Source: Psilocybe cubensis
Taxonomy: Eukaryota
NCBI GenBank assembly: GCA_017499595.2
Contig: CM039006.1
Location: 1,612,001 to 1,676,000, forward strand
Reading direction: 5' to 3'
DNA: 64,000 nucleotides
Shown one piece after another: positions 27,361 to 39,500 of this stretch (its first letter is position 1; every line of letters starts with the position of its first letter). The notes beneath the pieces were generated by a model, which searched no databases, was not told the DNA's origin, and saw nothing but the letters and a program-made list of their open reading frames with translations. Made by a program: the position numbers and the translations under genes.

Positions 27361-28439
27361 CACAAACGGCTTACATCCATTTCCGGGGATCGAGGGCTGA
27401 AAGCAAAAGCGCGGATGTGAGAGGCTGTAGAGGAGGAAAACTGAGCAGGGGATGATGGTTACAGCCAAAGTAAGTGCCTCTTATATACCTGTGCGGTCCA
27501 ATTTGTGTTACGTAGTACCACAATAGAATCATTTTTTCTCGTTAGATCCCCCCTTTATGTCGCGATTAGGTGTTCTCTCCCGTTCAGATCTGCTGTTCCA
27601 GTGTGCGTCTGCGCATCCACGAGTGTTCTCGGTATGCACTGTCAAATTCTACTTGCTTTCAATCATTCTATTGTCCGTAAACTCTCTATATGACCAGTAC
27701 ATTGAACCTAATTGGCTGAATACTCGACGCAGACGGCATTCAGACTACTCAGCGCAGACGGCAGTCATATTACACGACGCAGATGGCATTCGGACAGAAC
27801 ACACCTTGTCGACATTGATTGCCAATATCATTTCGGCCTAAAACTACCTCACTCGGGAACCAGTACGTATTCTGTTCAAATCCGTGCATCCTAGCGCCTC
27901 CGCAATCTTGTTCTCCAAATTTCGACAACGAGAACGGCGTTCTTGTTAGTGAGGCTCACGTTACTATTAGCCGAGGCTTCCAATGCTAGCGCGAATTGGA
28001 GACAAATTTGAAAGCAATTGGTTGCGATGCGTTGGAACGGAGATCAGGGAGAGGAGGATGGCCAGTCAATCACTTCGATTTCGTTCAATCCGTTGGGTGT
28101 GTGGCTTGAGTATTCTCTTGGAGCGTGTGAGGGGTACGTCCTCATGCACGTCCATGTGGTATGTTCCTCCTGTTTAATTCGTTTTTTAGATGTTATGAGG
28201 AGATCTTTTTCCAAGCGCTTAATGCTTTCTCATGTAAAATTTTATCTTGTAAAGTCTTCAAGCGCACCAATATGCTCACAAAATTGATGAATAGAGTCTA
28301 CTATACCGCTCAGGGGTTGTGCAACACTTGAAATGCGTGTTGTTACAGCTTAATTCGCGAATATTGACGCTTTCAAAATCGACAAACTCACTCGATAACG
28401 TCAAGAAATTTGCGCAAAGTACGATCCACCGGATATTGG

Positions 28440-30060
28440 ACCACACCAGAACATCCTAGGTAACGTACTCTACAGCCTCAAACACCCGGAAAACGCGAAA
28501 TCGACGCAGAATCGTCTGCCACGTATGTATCCGCCTCGAAAAATCGTATCGTTGCATGCAATTTGACGAGTCTTCTAGACAGATTACGGCGTGTTAGCCG
28601 AGCCGAGTAGATACGGGTCAGTACGGGAGAAGCCCCGGGACGAAACAGAACGTTGGAAATGAGCTGGAACGGCGAATTGGGGGAGGAGGAGGAAGTGGAC
28701 ATACGTTATCCGAGATGTTGACGAGTTCCTATTGAGATTTGACATGGGTAGGCCTGCGATCATACAAACGTGAGCTGGGGTGAGTATTCTGTACATTATT
28801 TATGTGTTTGAAATCGAGTTACTTGTGTGTGTGATTGGATTACTTTACAGAATGAGTGTGGGCGTCTAACATTTTGAGTCGTTTGCACCTTTGTCTGCAC
28901 GTCAAATCACACTATTGCACTCACTTTCCTACGTATTAGAGTGTATAGTAAGCATTAAAAATGCTATAACTCTTGTCAACTCGCTCAGACGAGTGGGTTC
29001 CATATGTTACACTGCCCAGTGCGTTGGCTTGAAAATACGAAATGTTGCACCAGAATACTCACTTGTAGGACACAAAATCTGCGCAGGTACATCTGAATGA
29101 TACCTAGGTACCCCCTATAACCCTCACCATAGCTTTCAAACGCCGGAAAACCACATAATCGATGGGGAACTGTACATAACATATGTTTCCACCTCAAATA
29201 CCATGCTGTTACAATGTATTTACCAAAGCTTCTAGACATCTTCCGGTTCACAACCCGAGCCGAGTAGTCACGGAATACTCCGAGAGAAGCCCCGGGACGA
29301 AACAGAACATTGGAATTGAGCTGGAACGGTGAATTTGGGGAGGAGGAGGATGTCGACATACGTTATCTGAGATGTTGACGAGTTTCTACTGAGATTATCA
29401 ACTGGGTAGGTCTGGAACTATATGGGGCAAGTATTCTGTGCATGAAATATGTGTTTGAAATCGTGTTAATTGCGTGTGTGATAAGATTACTTTACAGAAT
29501 GAATACGGGCGTCTAACGCGTTTGTTCGTTTGTACCTTGAATCAGCACATACCTTCGCAGTACTAGACGCTTTCTGAGTGCACTACAGCGCATTTCATGT
29601 CCTAAGAGTTCCTTGATTGTCGTGAAATCACATAGAATTGCAGAATGCACATTTTACAACCCCAGTGCGTTGGCATGAAAATTTGAAATACTCGATGGAA
29701 AAGTTCACTCACAAACCATTATTAATGCACAGGTACATCTGAATAACACTCAGGTATCCCCTATAACCTTTACCATAGCCTTGAAACGCCGGAAAACCAC
29801 ATAATCAACGGGGAACTGTACATAACGTATGTTTCCACCTCAAATACCATGCTGTTACAATGTATTTACCAAAGCTTCTAGACATCTTCCGGCCCATAAC
29901 CCGAGCCGAGTAGTCACGGAACACTCCGAGAGAAGCCTCGGAATGAAAAAAGACGTTGGAATTCAGTGTGAATGGAGAATTGGGGGAGGAGGAGGATGTC
30001 AACATACGTTATCTGCAATGTTGACGAGATTCTCGTCGCCGTTTCTCCATGTTTGATGAT
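28440..30060. repeat. Three diverged ~650-bp tandem units (also at +10103 and +20206)
   Basis: Anchor GGAGGAGGAGGA..ACATACGTTATC..ATGTTGACGAG recurs; paralogous minus-strand ORFs start at 28702, 29359 and 30005. Confidence 0.88.
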
Positions 30061-32059
30061 AGGAGTAGCTCGCTGTAGAGTAATATACTCCACTCAGGGG
30101 GTAGGATGTGTAGCTTAGTCTTGGTTTGTGAATAAATGTTGCAATTGAGGTCGATGGTTGAAAGTGTTCACGAGCGCTTAAAAGTGTTTTGCAACATTAG
30201 AATGTTTCTACTTTCAAAAATTTCAATTACAGGTAGTATTATAGCACCCTACAGTGTATAAAGTGGCTCTAATATCGTACAGCGCTCGTAATGTTACAGA
30301 AACGAGGAAAACATACAACAGATGAGCTGTCACAAATGTATCGAGCTCCTGACAACTTCAACCATCCACACATTACCATCTCATCAAATTGGCCCGGAAA
30401 CGTTGCCACGTCGAATAACGCACATTTTGAATGCATCTTCCGACCGGATTCTGCCCACTAGAGGACTCGATATTTTCGCTATATATTAGCCGATTAATCT
30501 CAGACTAGATCCGAAATGGGTCCAGATAAAACCAAGGCGATTGGAATAGATGGAGTGAGTATTCAGGGGATGAGGAGAGCGTCGACCTAGTGAATTTTGT
30601 GATGTGTTTCAGTCGTACTTCCGCTTGTGGATGCTTTATAGTGATGGATTTTCAGCCTGACGCCTAACGCTCAGAAGTACAGAAATCAGAGGGCTGAATG
30701 CTCACAATGAGGGTGCAACGTCATAGAACCGGATTGAAGGCTGTATTCGAACCTCGTCATGTTTATGCCGTGGCTACAGCATCCATACCCCTAGAAGTCC
30801 ACGGGTGGTAGAACAACTCGATATTTATGATCCTCAGGTGACGGTAACTTGCCAATTTCGCGATCGAGTAATAGAATTCTTTGTTCAGTTGCCGTGCGAG
30901 TTCTCTGCCATTGCCAGGTTAATTAGGAAAACATACTAGTCCGCTTACACAATTACCGTCAATCTTCCTCCGCACAGAACAAACATTTCAACGGCTTTGA
31001 ACACAGCTACATCATTCACCATCCCCCTGAAAGTCAGTCTAATTCTTCTGCAGTGTAAAATTAGGCTCACGCAAATCTGAAATCGGGCGCGATACAGTTT
31101 TCCGACTATACCCAAAGCGGACGAGGTTCAGCGAAGCAGCGCGTTTATGCAACTTACAGCACGCAGTAAGCATGTCGTCATTGCTGAATCGCAAATCGTA
31201 GATCGTCAATCTTGATATTCGGGCACTAGAAGCGGGGATTTTGGGTTTGTGCCTCGAGACACGTCGCGTCGATTCAGGTGTGTTGCGATTATTTTTGGAT
31301 TGTTTTTGCCCGCGCGACACTGTGTTCCATAGCGAACCCCTGTGCTTAGGAGGTTGAATTGAAGTGTGCAGCGGTTGGTACACATTCCTGCTGTGTTGAA
31401 CAGTTGAGGCGAGTAGCACAATATCTTGGAAAATAAATGTGCAAACGTATGTTACTCAAATGGACGTACTTGAATGGGTAATGGACATGTTGAGTGCAGA
31501 TGATGTGTGGATGTCGAGAGAAAGTTGAGGGTGTCGATTAGAATGTAATACAAGTAGTTTTAAAACTGCCATTGAATGAAAATACGTGAGTAAATGTTTT
31601 CAACTCCTAAAGAGCTCCTGATTATGGCATTTGTACCCTTGCAATTTTGCCAAAGCGAGGACTACTAGTCAAATTGATGAGTCTAGAAAACAAAGTGCTG
31701 TAATTGCCAGCAAAGCCTTGGATACGTTGAAAGTATAAAGAGGCTCACCTTGAGTGGGGTGCAACTTGTAGTCATGCTGGCGGTATGCCAGTCCGTTTTT
31801 TCGAACCCCTGTGCTGTGTTTGGCTGCGGTGCCAAACACGACACTTTGATGTGCACGGTTGCTTCTACTTTTTTGCTCTTCTCCACCATCATGAGTAAGT
31901 TCCCCTCTCCTTTTAATGGCTCTCTACTCACTATGCACACTGCAGATTCAAACTCGATATTCTGACGTCCGGCAAATGCTATTGGGGAGCTGAGGCAGGA
32001 TTCATTCTGTTGGGGTAAGTTTACATTCATTAGTCGCTCTGTGTACGTTCTGACCTCCT

Positions 32060-33270
32060 TTACAGGCCCCGATACCGTGTTCCCACGAACAATATTGTGT
32101 CCAGACATCTTGGACACTGTATCGACGCCCCGAGACCTCTGGAAGACAACCCCCATGACCTTTGTGGGTAATACAAGTTTATTTACCGCTCTATATATTT
32201 TCTGACCTTTTTTTTTGTAGACCTACAAATGCCCCGACACCATATATCGCCTCCCTGCGACCTCTGGCACAAGTAGCCTTACGCTCAACTCGACTAGATA
32301 CCTTCTGAAGAACCCCGAATGCCTCGACACGACGCATCGCGTTCCCGTGAGATGCGCATCACTGTCGAGTTTTTTAACATGAAGCATTCACTCTGGCGGG
32401 TAAGCTCACGTTCGTTAGTTGCTATGTGTACGTACTGACTTCTTTTGCAGGCCCTGACACCATGCATGACGTTCCCGCAATCTGCATCTTGTCCAGACAC
32501 CTTGGACACTATGTATCGACGCCCCGCGACCTCTGGAATACAATCCCCTTGACTTTTATGGGTAATACAAGTTTATTGACCACTCTACATACGTTCTGAC
32601 ATTTTTTGTAGCCCTTCAAATACCCTGACACCATGTATCGTGTCCCCGCGACCTCTGACACAAGTAGCCCTGCGCTCAACTCCTCTAAAATAACCTCTGA
32701 AGAATCTCGAATGCCCCGACACGACATATCGCGTTCCCGTGAGATGCGCATCAGTGTCAACGTATGGACGTCCGGTGGTCCCAACCAGGAGAATGCACTG
32801 TATGTCGTCTTAATTTGAATGTTTTGTGCTGTCCTGACCTTGTTTAGGCCCTGACACGACGTATCGTGTTCCCGCAAGCTACGTGTTGTGTTCAACACAA
32901 CCTCTGCCATGTCATGCGTAGTCCCTGTAAGTCCATATTTATTGAGATGTCCTGACCTTGCTTGTAGAACTCCTGACTGCCCCGACGCAATATATCGTGT
33001 TCCCGCGATCTACGCTGCAAATTCATAAACACCCCGCAACCTCTGCATCACGAAACGAGTAACGATGCACCTTGCCATATCACAACACAATGTATCGCGT
33101 TCCCGCGAGCTACATTGGCATCTTGCAAATTCATCAACACCCCGCAACCTCTGCTTGACGAGACGAGTAACGACGCACCTTATCATGTCGCAACACAACG
33201 TATCGCGTTCCCGCGAGCTGCATCCCGACTCTGACCCACTTTGACACAATGTATCGACTCCCCGCAATCC
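32060..33270 (+). repeat. Array of TATCG(C/T)GTTCCCGCGA / CCCCGC(G/A)ACCTCTG motifs with repeated intron-like segments (also at +10103 and +20206)
   Basis: More than ten motif copies, plus duplicated GTAATACAAGTTTATT...CTGAC..TTTTGTAG segments at about 32168 and 32562. Confidence 0.8.
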
Positions 33271-33650
33271 AGCCCAAGGTGTTTGAGGAGTTCAATGTGA
33301 ATTGTGATGCAACAAGCTGGCATACTTGTACTTTGGCAATGTATCAACATCCGGTGAGCCTTTCGTTTTCTCATGATTGAATTGAATGCTGACTGTTATT
33401 TACTCGCTACAAAGTGCATATTTTCAGTGCAGCAACAAATCCGCGAAAATCACACTCAAGGTAACCGTCCATTATCGGACCCGCCAGACTTGTACTTACC
33501 ATCCTGATTAGAGCTACCTGCTGTCCGTCTGGATTTCATTTCACGCAGAGGTTACCCCCGTCTGGCCTTCGGGCGGGGGTAACCTCTGCTGGTACAGAGA
33601 GAAACGAGAGGGTAGGGGGTGTGTACCTACGCTGTTTTTGAAGTTTATAA

Positions 33651-35165
33651 TTAGATCTCACCAATTAAACACGTTGCCGAGTTCAAACTCCCCAGAAAAT
33701 ACCTTAAGCGAGCGTCATTTTCACAATTACATACCCGGATCAAAGCGCCATTGCGGGTGAAAACAAGAAAACGATCGATTATTCGGGGAGGGGTGAGCAT
33801 ACCCTCATTGAGATAGAGATAATTCCACCATTCCATAGTGGTGATATCGCCAAACCTTGAGCAGATTGTTGTAAGGTAAAAATATGATCGTGCAAAATTG
33901 GTAACTCACCAAAGATGTGCTATTTCATGGCTTTGCGTAGACGCCACCCGCTTCTTGGCGAGCAGGTCTGCGTTGTCAGTGTCAAGTAAGAAGGCAGCAG
34001 AGCGGCCGATAATTAAACCCCAGTTCTCCATGGCACCGTCTACGATGTTTCCCTGTCATTTGCCAAAAAAAAAAAACAGGTCAAAAAGGTTGCGTCGGTC
34101 GGTCGTAATACACATACTGCAACTGTATCAAGTTTAGGAAGCGGGTACTCGACACCGAGTATTCTTTCGTACAGGGGAAGAACAGACGCAGTAACACCTA
34201 AGACGAATTCGGCTTGACTGACTTTAGCGGGAGAAGCTACCAAAACGTGAAAATTGTATCATAGGTGAATCAAGAGATCAACTTACTGTAAATCCGGAGA
34301 GGGATGGTCTTGCGGCTGAGCGGCATGACGACCGACTTTTCCAAAAACTTGAATGGACCGTTCGCCAGCGCCACGATGTATGTCGACATTGGAGGGGTAG
34401 TATCAAATTTTGTGATTTTCCATGTCTCGGCGTCGAGTCCCTCGAGAATTGGCTGTTCTGATAGAGCAGGCATGTTGCTCAAGCTTACGGTATCAGCACG
34501 CGATATCATGGTGATAGTAAACGTCGCTTTTAGGAGAGGTTCGTCCCAGCACGGAAAAGCGCTCCTAGCTGCGGTGGGCTATCAAAAAGTTTTCAGAATG
34601 AGATAGCGTATCCAGCGCATGATGCACATACCTGAAACTGCGTGAGTGCATAGTACTCAGTTCTTCCTTCATATTCCCAAGAGCCGCGAAGGTAGCCCAT
34701 CATGTTTCCTCCTAGCTTCCCAGAGAAGTATATCTTCAGTTTTGTTTGAGAACCAGACGGAAGCTTCTCATCCAGTTTGTATGTGACGCGCTCTTGCGCC
34801 TCGTCTGTCTGCACCACGGCTACAGGTTTCTCCCCCTCTTCAGACAATATGGTGCTAATACCATTATTATTGCTGATGCAAGGGTTCGAACATAAGACTG
34901 AAAACGCACGCATTTGTTAGCTCTAGACGCGATACATTGAGCGTGATTGTCGACGTATCCTTCTTAACTTCAAGGCTAGCAAGAGACTCGGTCAAATTAT
35001 AACAAAAGACACCCGAGAGTCTGAGTCTCCGTACGCGATTATGACAACGCCCTCGAACGTAGCCTTCTTCAAGTCAGTTTTGAATGTGAGATCATAGTGC
35101 GTCGGCTTGACATTTGTAGGCAGCCTGTATTCGCTCTGCTCTTTCTCCTGGCGATTAGGCTTCAT
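33651..35165 (-). pseudogene. 3'-truncated M1 aminopeptidase copy 2
   Basis: Near-identical to 23686-25062 from the ATG through the LNEG exon. The next (GFATL) micro-exon is deleted and the reading frame runs into a stop at 33651. Confidence 0.88.
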
Positions 35166-36414
35166 TTTGGAGCTTGTTGATGGTTCAAATTGAAGGGTGC
35201 TGAGGACTTTTCGGAGGGTTCAGTTATATGGCGTCCAGACAAGGTCGCGCAGCTCTATTTCTCCAGGCGGTTACAGTCAGGTGAGAATGAGCATATGGGC
35301 ACCATGTTCCTGTGAAAAGATCGCAGTAGTATATCCGTAAGGACGTTCATAGTGAACTCCACAGTGGTTTCGCATAGGAGACTGCTCTAGATAGACAAAC
35401 CCCGATACTTAGTACATAGTAGACACCCTAGTGTAGAAAGGTGAGGAACGCTCACGCGTGCGTCTTAGCTTTCTTGTTGCACGATAATAAATAGATTACA
35501 AACAAAGCATAGGAGACTGCGTTTCCATTGCTTAGTCAGCTTATCACAATTACGGCAGCACCGGCATGAATGTGCGCGTATCAACGCGACCTCGCGCACG
35601 CAATCTGGAACACCTCGACGCAGCCAAAACTGTGCGCAGTACAGTAGCATAACTAGGCGAAGAAACAAAATTACATCACGGTGACGTAGACCAATCTTTC
35701 ACTTTTTATTTGACGAGAACTCGGGAAATGGTACAAAGCTCCCAAGCAAACCAAATAAATTTGAACAATGGTCTTTTTACCAATGTCATCGCAGCCAGAG
35801 TCATTGGAACGAAGGAGAGAGAGAAATATATGCAAAAGGCTACAAGTCTCAGGACTCGATTTTTTGTGCAATGCATAGAAATCAAAACAATATAAAGAGA
35901 ATAAAAGTAAAAGGGTATGGTTGCTGCATAGAAATCGAAAGAATATAGAAAAATAAAAGTGAAATAGGGTGTTCGTTTCGTGCCCTTGCTCGGTCTACCT
36001 GCCACCTTGAATGCCTTTCCGCTCAACATAGCGTTTCTCGCGTCTTCATACAGCGTATTAATATCCCAATTATGTTTGCATCTGTATTGCGTAACCTGTT
36101 TCCTGTGCCAATCCAGACGGTCCACAGATTCTTACCTTTTGACCTTTAAAACATCTTCATCAACGCGCAACCTCTTACCCTCTAATTCATAAAAAAAAGT
36201 TCCTCCGGCGGCCCGTCGCGGTGTTCGAGTCGAAGGCATAAGAAGCGATGGTGGGTATGGTCATGTTCCCAATTCCAACGAAGCGTAACTTAAAGGAGGC
36301 ACAACCCTTCTACAGATTGGCTTCTCGAAGTAAAAGAGGTGCCGGGCCCACAACGCAACCCGAGCGACGCGACCGGTTAGTTACACGTGACTGTTCCGCT
36401 TCATCACTACTTGA

Positions 36415-36540
36415 ATGCTACACAACTCCTCCTCTCCGCGGGACAAAGAGCCCACCCTGCGCAAATGGCAAGAGGAGCGCAGAGCGCGGCAAATACGAGT
36501 CTGCCGTTCTTCACCTTTCGCACATTGTATGTCTCCCTTC
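36415..36540 (+). pseudogene. Decayed 5' fragment of SAM50 (copy 2)
   Basis: Same as 26312-26437 at +10103. Confidence 0.88.
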
Positions 36541-39500
36541 CATTGCTTAATCAGCATATCACAATTACAGCAGCACCGGCCTTGCGCACGCAATATCTGG
36601 AATACCTCGACGCAGCCAAAACTGTGCGCAGTAGCCAACCCCATCGCCAGTCTGCCTCTGCCCGCCACCCCTCAATGTTCTTCGACCCGGTCTGCACATA
36701 GTCCGGTTTTCATTATGACTTGTGGGCTCTATCCACATGCCTCAATGTCGTTCAACCCAATCTGCACATAGTCCGGCTATGCACTACAACGCCCGCGGCA
36801 GGAAGTAGGCCAACCTGTTTTATTTGTCAACAAGGTGCACAACACATGGGCTCTACTCACATACACACTGTCCACCTCTATCCACTCGCCTCGCCTTGAT
36901 GTTGTTCAACCCGGTGTCGACGCCGCCGCCTGTGGCCGTTGCGCTAGAGATCCGCAGTGTTAGTTCATCATCAGAGTGGGGGAGGATTCTACTCACGCAT
37001 ACACCGTCGGCCTCAAACATGCGCCTGGCCTCAATTTTGAGGACGCCGGTGTTGAGGCCGCTTATTGTCGCTACACTAGAGGTCACACAGTGCCACGTCG
37101 TTAGTCCATCATCAGAGTAGGGGAGGGCTCTACGCCTCGCCTCAATCAACCTGGTGTTGACGCCGCCGCCTGTGGTTGTTGCGCTGGAAATGCGCAGAGT
37201 TAGTTCATTATCAGAATGGGGGAGGGTTCTGCTCACGCATACACCGGTGTCGAGGCCGCCTGCAGTCGGTCCGCTAGAGGTTCGCAGTGTTAGTCCATCC
37301 TCAGAGTGGGGGGGCTCTACTCACACATACACCCTCAGCCGCTGTCTGCCTCCCACCCGCATCTCGCCTCAATGTCGTTGAACCCGGTGTCGAGGAAGCC
37401 TGCGGCCGTTGCACTAGAGGTCCGCATAGTGCCACATCATTAGTCAATCATCAGAGTAGGGGACACAAACGGCTTACATCCATTTCCGGGGATCGAGGGC
37501 TGAAAGCAAAAGCGCGGATGTGAGAGGCTGTAGAGGAGGAAAACTGAGCAGGGGATGATGGTTACAGCCAAAGTAAGTGCCTCTTATATACCTGTGCGGT
37601 CCAATTTGTGTTACGTAGTACCACAATAGAATCATTTTTTCTCGTTAGATCCCCCCTTTATGTCGCGATTAGGTGTTCTCTCCCGTTCAGATCTGCTGTT
37701 CCAGTGTGCGTCTGCGCATCCACGAGTGTTCTCGGTATGCACTGTCAAATTCTACTTGCTTTCAATCATTCTATTGTCCGTAAACTCTCTATATGACCAG
37801 TACATTGAACCTAATTGGCTGAATACTCGACGCAGACGGCATTCAGACTACTCAGCGCAGACGGCAGTCATATTACACGACGCAGATGGCATTCGGACAG
37901 AACACACCTTGTCGACATTGATTGCCAATATCATTTCGGCCTAAAACTACCTCACTCGGGAACCAGTACGTATTCTGTTCAAATCCGTGCATCCTAGCGC
38001 CTCCGCAATCTTGTTCTCCAAATTTCGACAACGAGAACGGCGTTCTTGTTAGTGAGGCTCACGTTACTATTAGCCGAGGCTTCCAATGCTAGCGCGAATT
38101 GGAGACAAATTTGAAAGCAATTGGTTGCGATGCGTTGGAACGGAGATCAGGGAGAGGAGGATGGCCAGTCAATCACTTCGATTTCGTTCAATCCGTTGGG
38201 TGTGTGGCTTGAGTATTCTCTTGGAGCGTGTGAGGGGTACGTCCTCATGCACGTCCATGTGGTATGTTCCTCCTGTTTAATTCGTTTTTTAGATGTTATG
38301 AGGAGATCTTTTTCCAAGCGCTTAATGCTTTCTCATGTAAAATTTTATCTTGTAAAGTCTTCAAGCGCACCAATATGCTCACAAAATTGATGAATAGAGT
38401 CTACTATACCGCTCAGGGGTTGTGCAACACTTGAAATGCGTGTTGTTACAGCTTAATTCGCGAATATTGACGCTTTCAAAATCGACAAACTCACTCGATA
38501 ACGTCAAGAAATTTGCGCAAAGTACGATCCACCGGATATTGGACCACACCAGAACATCCTAGGTAACGTACTCTACAGCCTCAAACACCCGGAAAACGCG
38601 AAATCGACGCAGAATCGTCTGCCACGTATGTATCCGCCTCGAAAAATCGTATCGTTGCATGCAATTTGACGAGTCTTCTAGACAGATTACGGCGTGTTAG
38701 CCGAGCCGAGTAGATACGGGTCAGTACGGGAGAAGCCCCGGGACGAAACAGAACGTTGGAAATGAGCTGGAACGGCGAATTGGGGGAGGAGGAGGAAGTG
38801 GACATACGTTATCCGAGATGTTGACGAGTTCCTATTGAGATTTGACATGGGTAGGCCTGCGATCATACAAACGTGAGCTGGGGTGAGTATTCTGTACATT
38901 ATTTATGTGTTTGAAATCGAGTTACTTGTGTGTGTGATTGGATTACTTTACAGAATGAGTGTGGGCGTCTAACATTTTGAGTCGTTTGCACCTTTGTCTG
39001 CACGTCAAATCACACTATTGCACTCACTTTCCTACGTATTAGAGTGTATAGTAAGCATTAAAAATGCTATAACTCTTGTCAACTCGCTCAGACGAGTGGG
39101 TTCCATATGTTACACTGCCCAGTGCGTTGGCTTGAAAATACGAAATGTTGCACCAGAATACTCACTTGTAGGACACAAAATCTGCGCAGGTACATCTGAA
39201 TGATACCTAGGTACCCCCTATAACCCTCACCATAGCTTTCAAACGCCGGAAAACCACATAATCGATGGGGAACTGTACATAACATATGTTTCCACCTCAA
39301 ATACCATGCTGTTACAATGTATTTACCAAAGCTTCTAGACATCTTCCGGTTCACAACCCGAGCCGAGTAGTCACGGAATACTCCGAGAGAAGCCCCGGGA
39401 CGAAACAGAACATTGGAATTGAGCTGGAACGGTGAATTTGGGGAGGAGGAGGATGTCGACATACGTTATCTGAGATGTTGACGAGTTTCTACTGAGATTA

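Larger units (their letters stand above)
26438..33592 (+). mobile_element. ~7-kb repeat-rich insert, putative non-autonomous Helitron-like element (copy 1); left end undefined
   Basis: No recognisable gene, three internal repeat arrays, and a terminal ~18-bp GC-rich hairpin (33545-33589) followed by CTGG|T. Confidence 0.4.
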
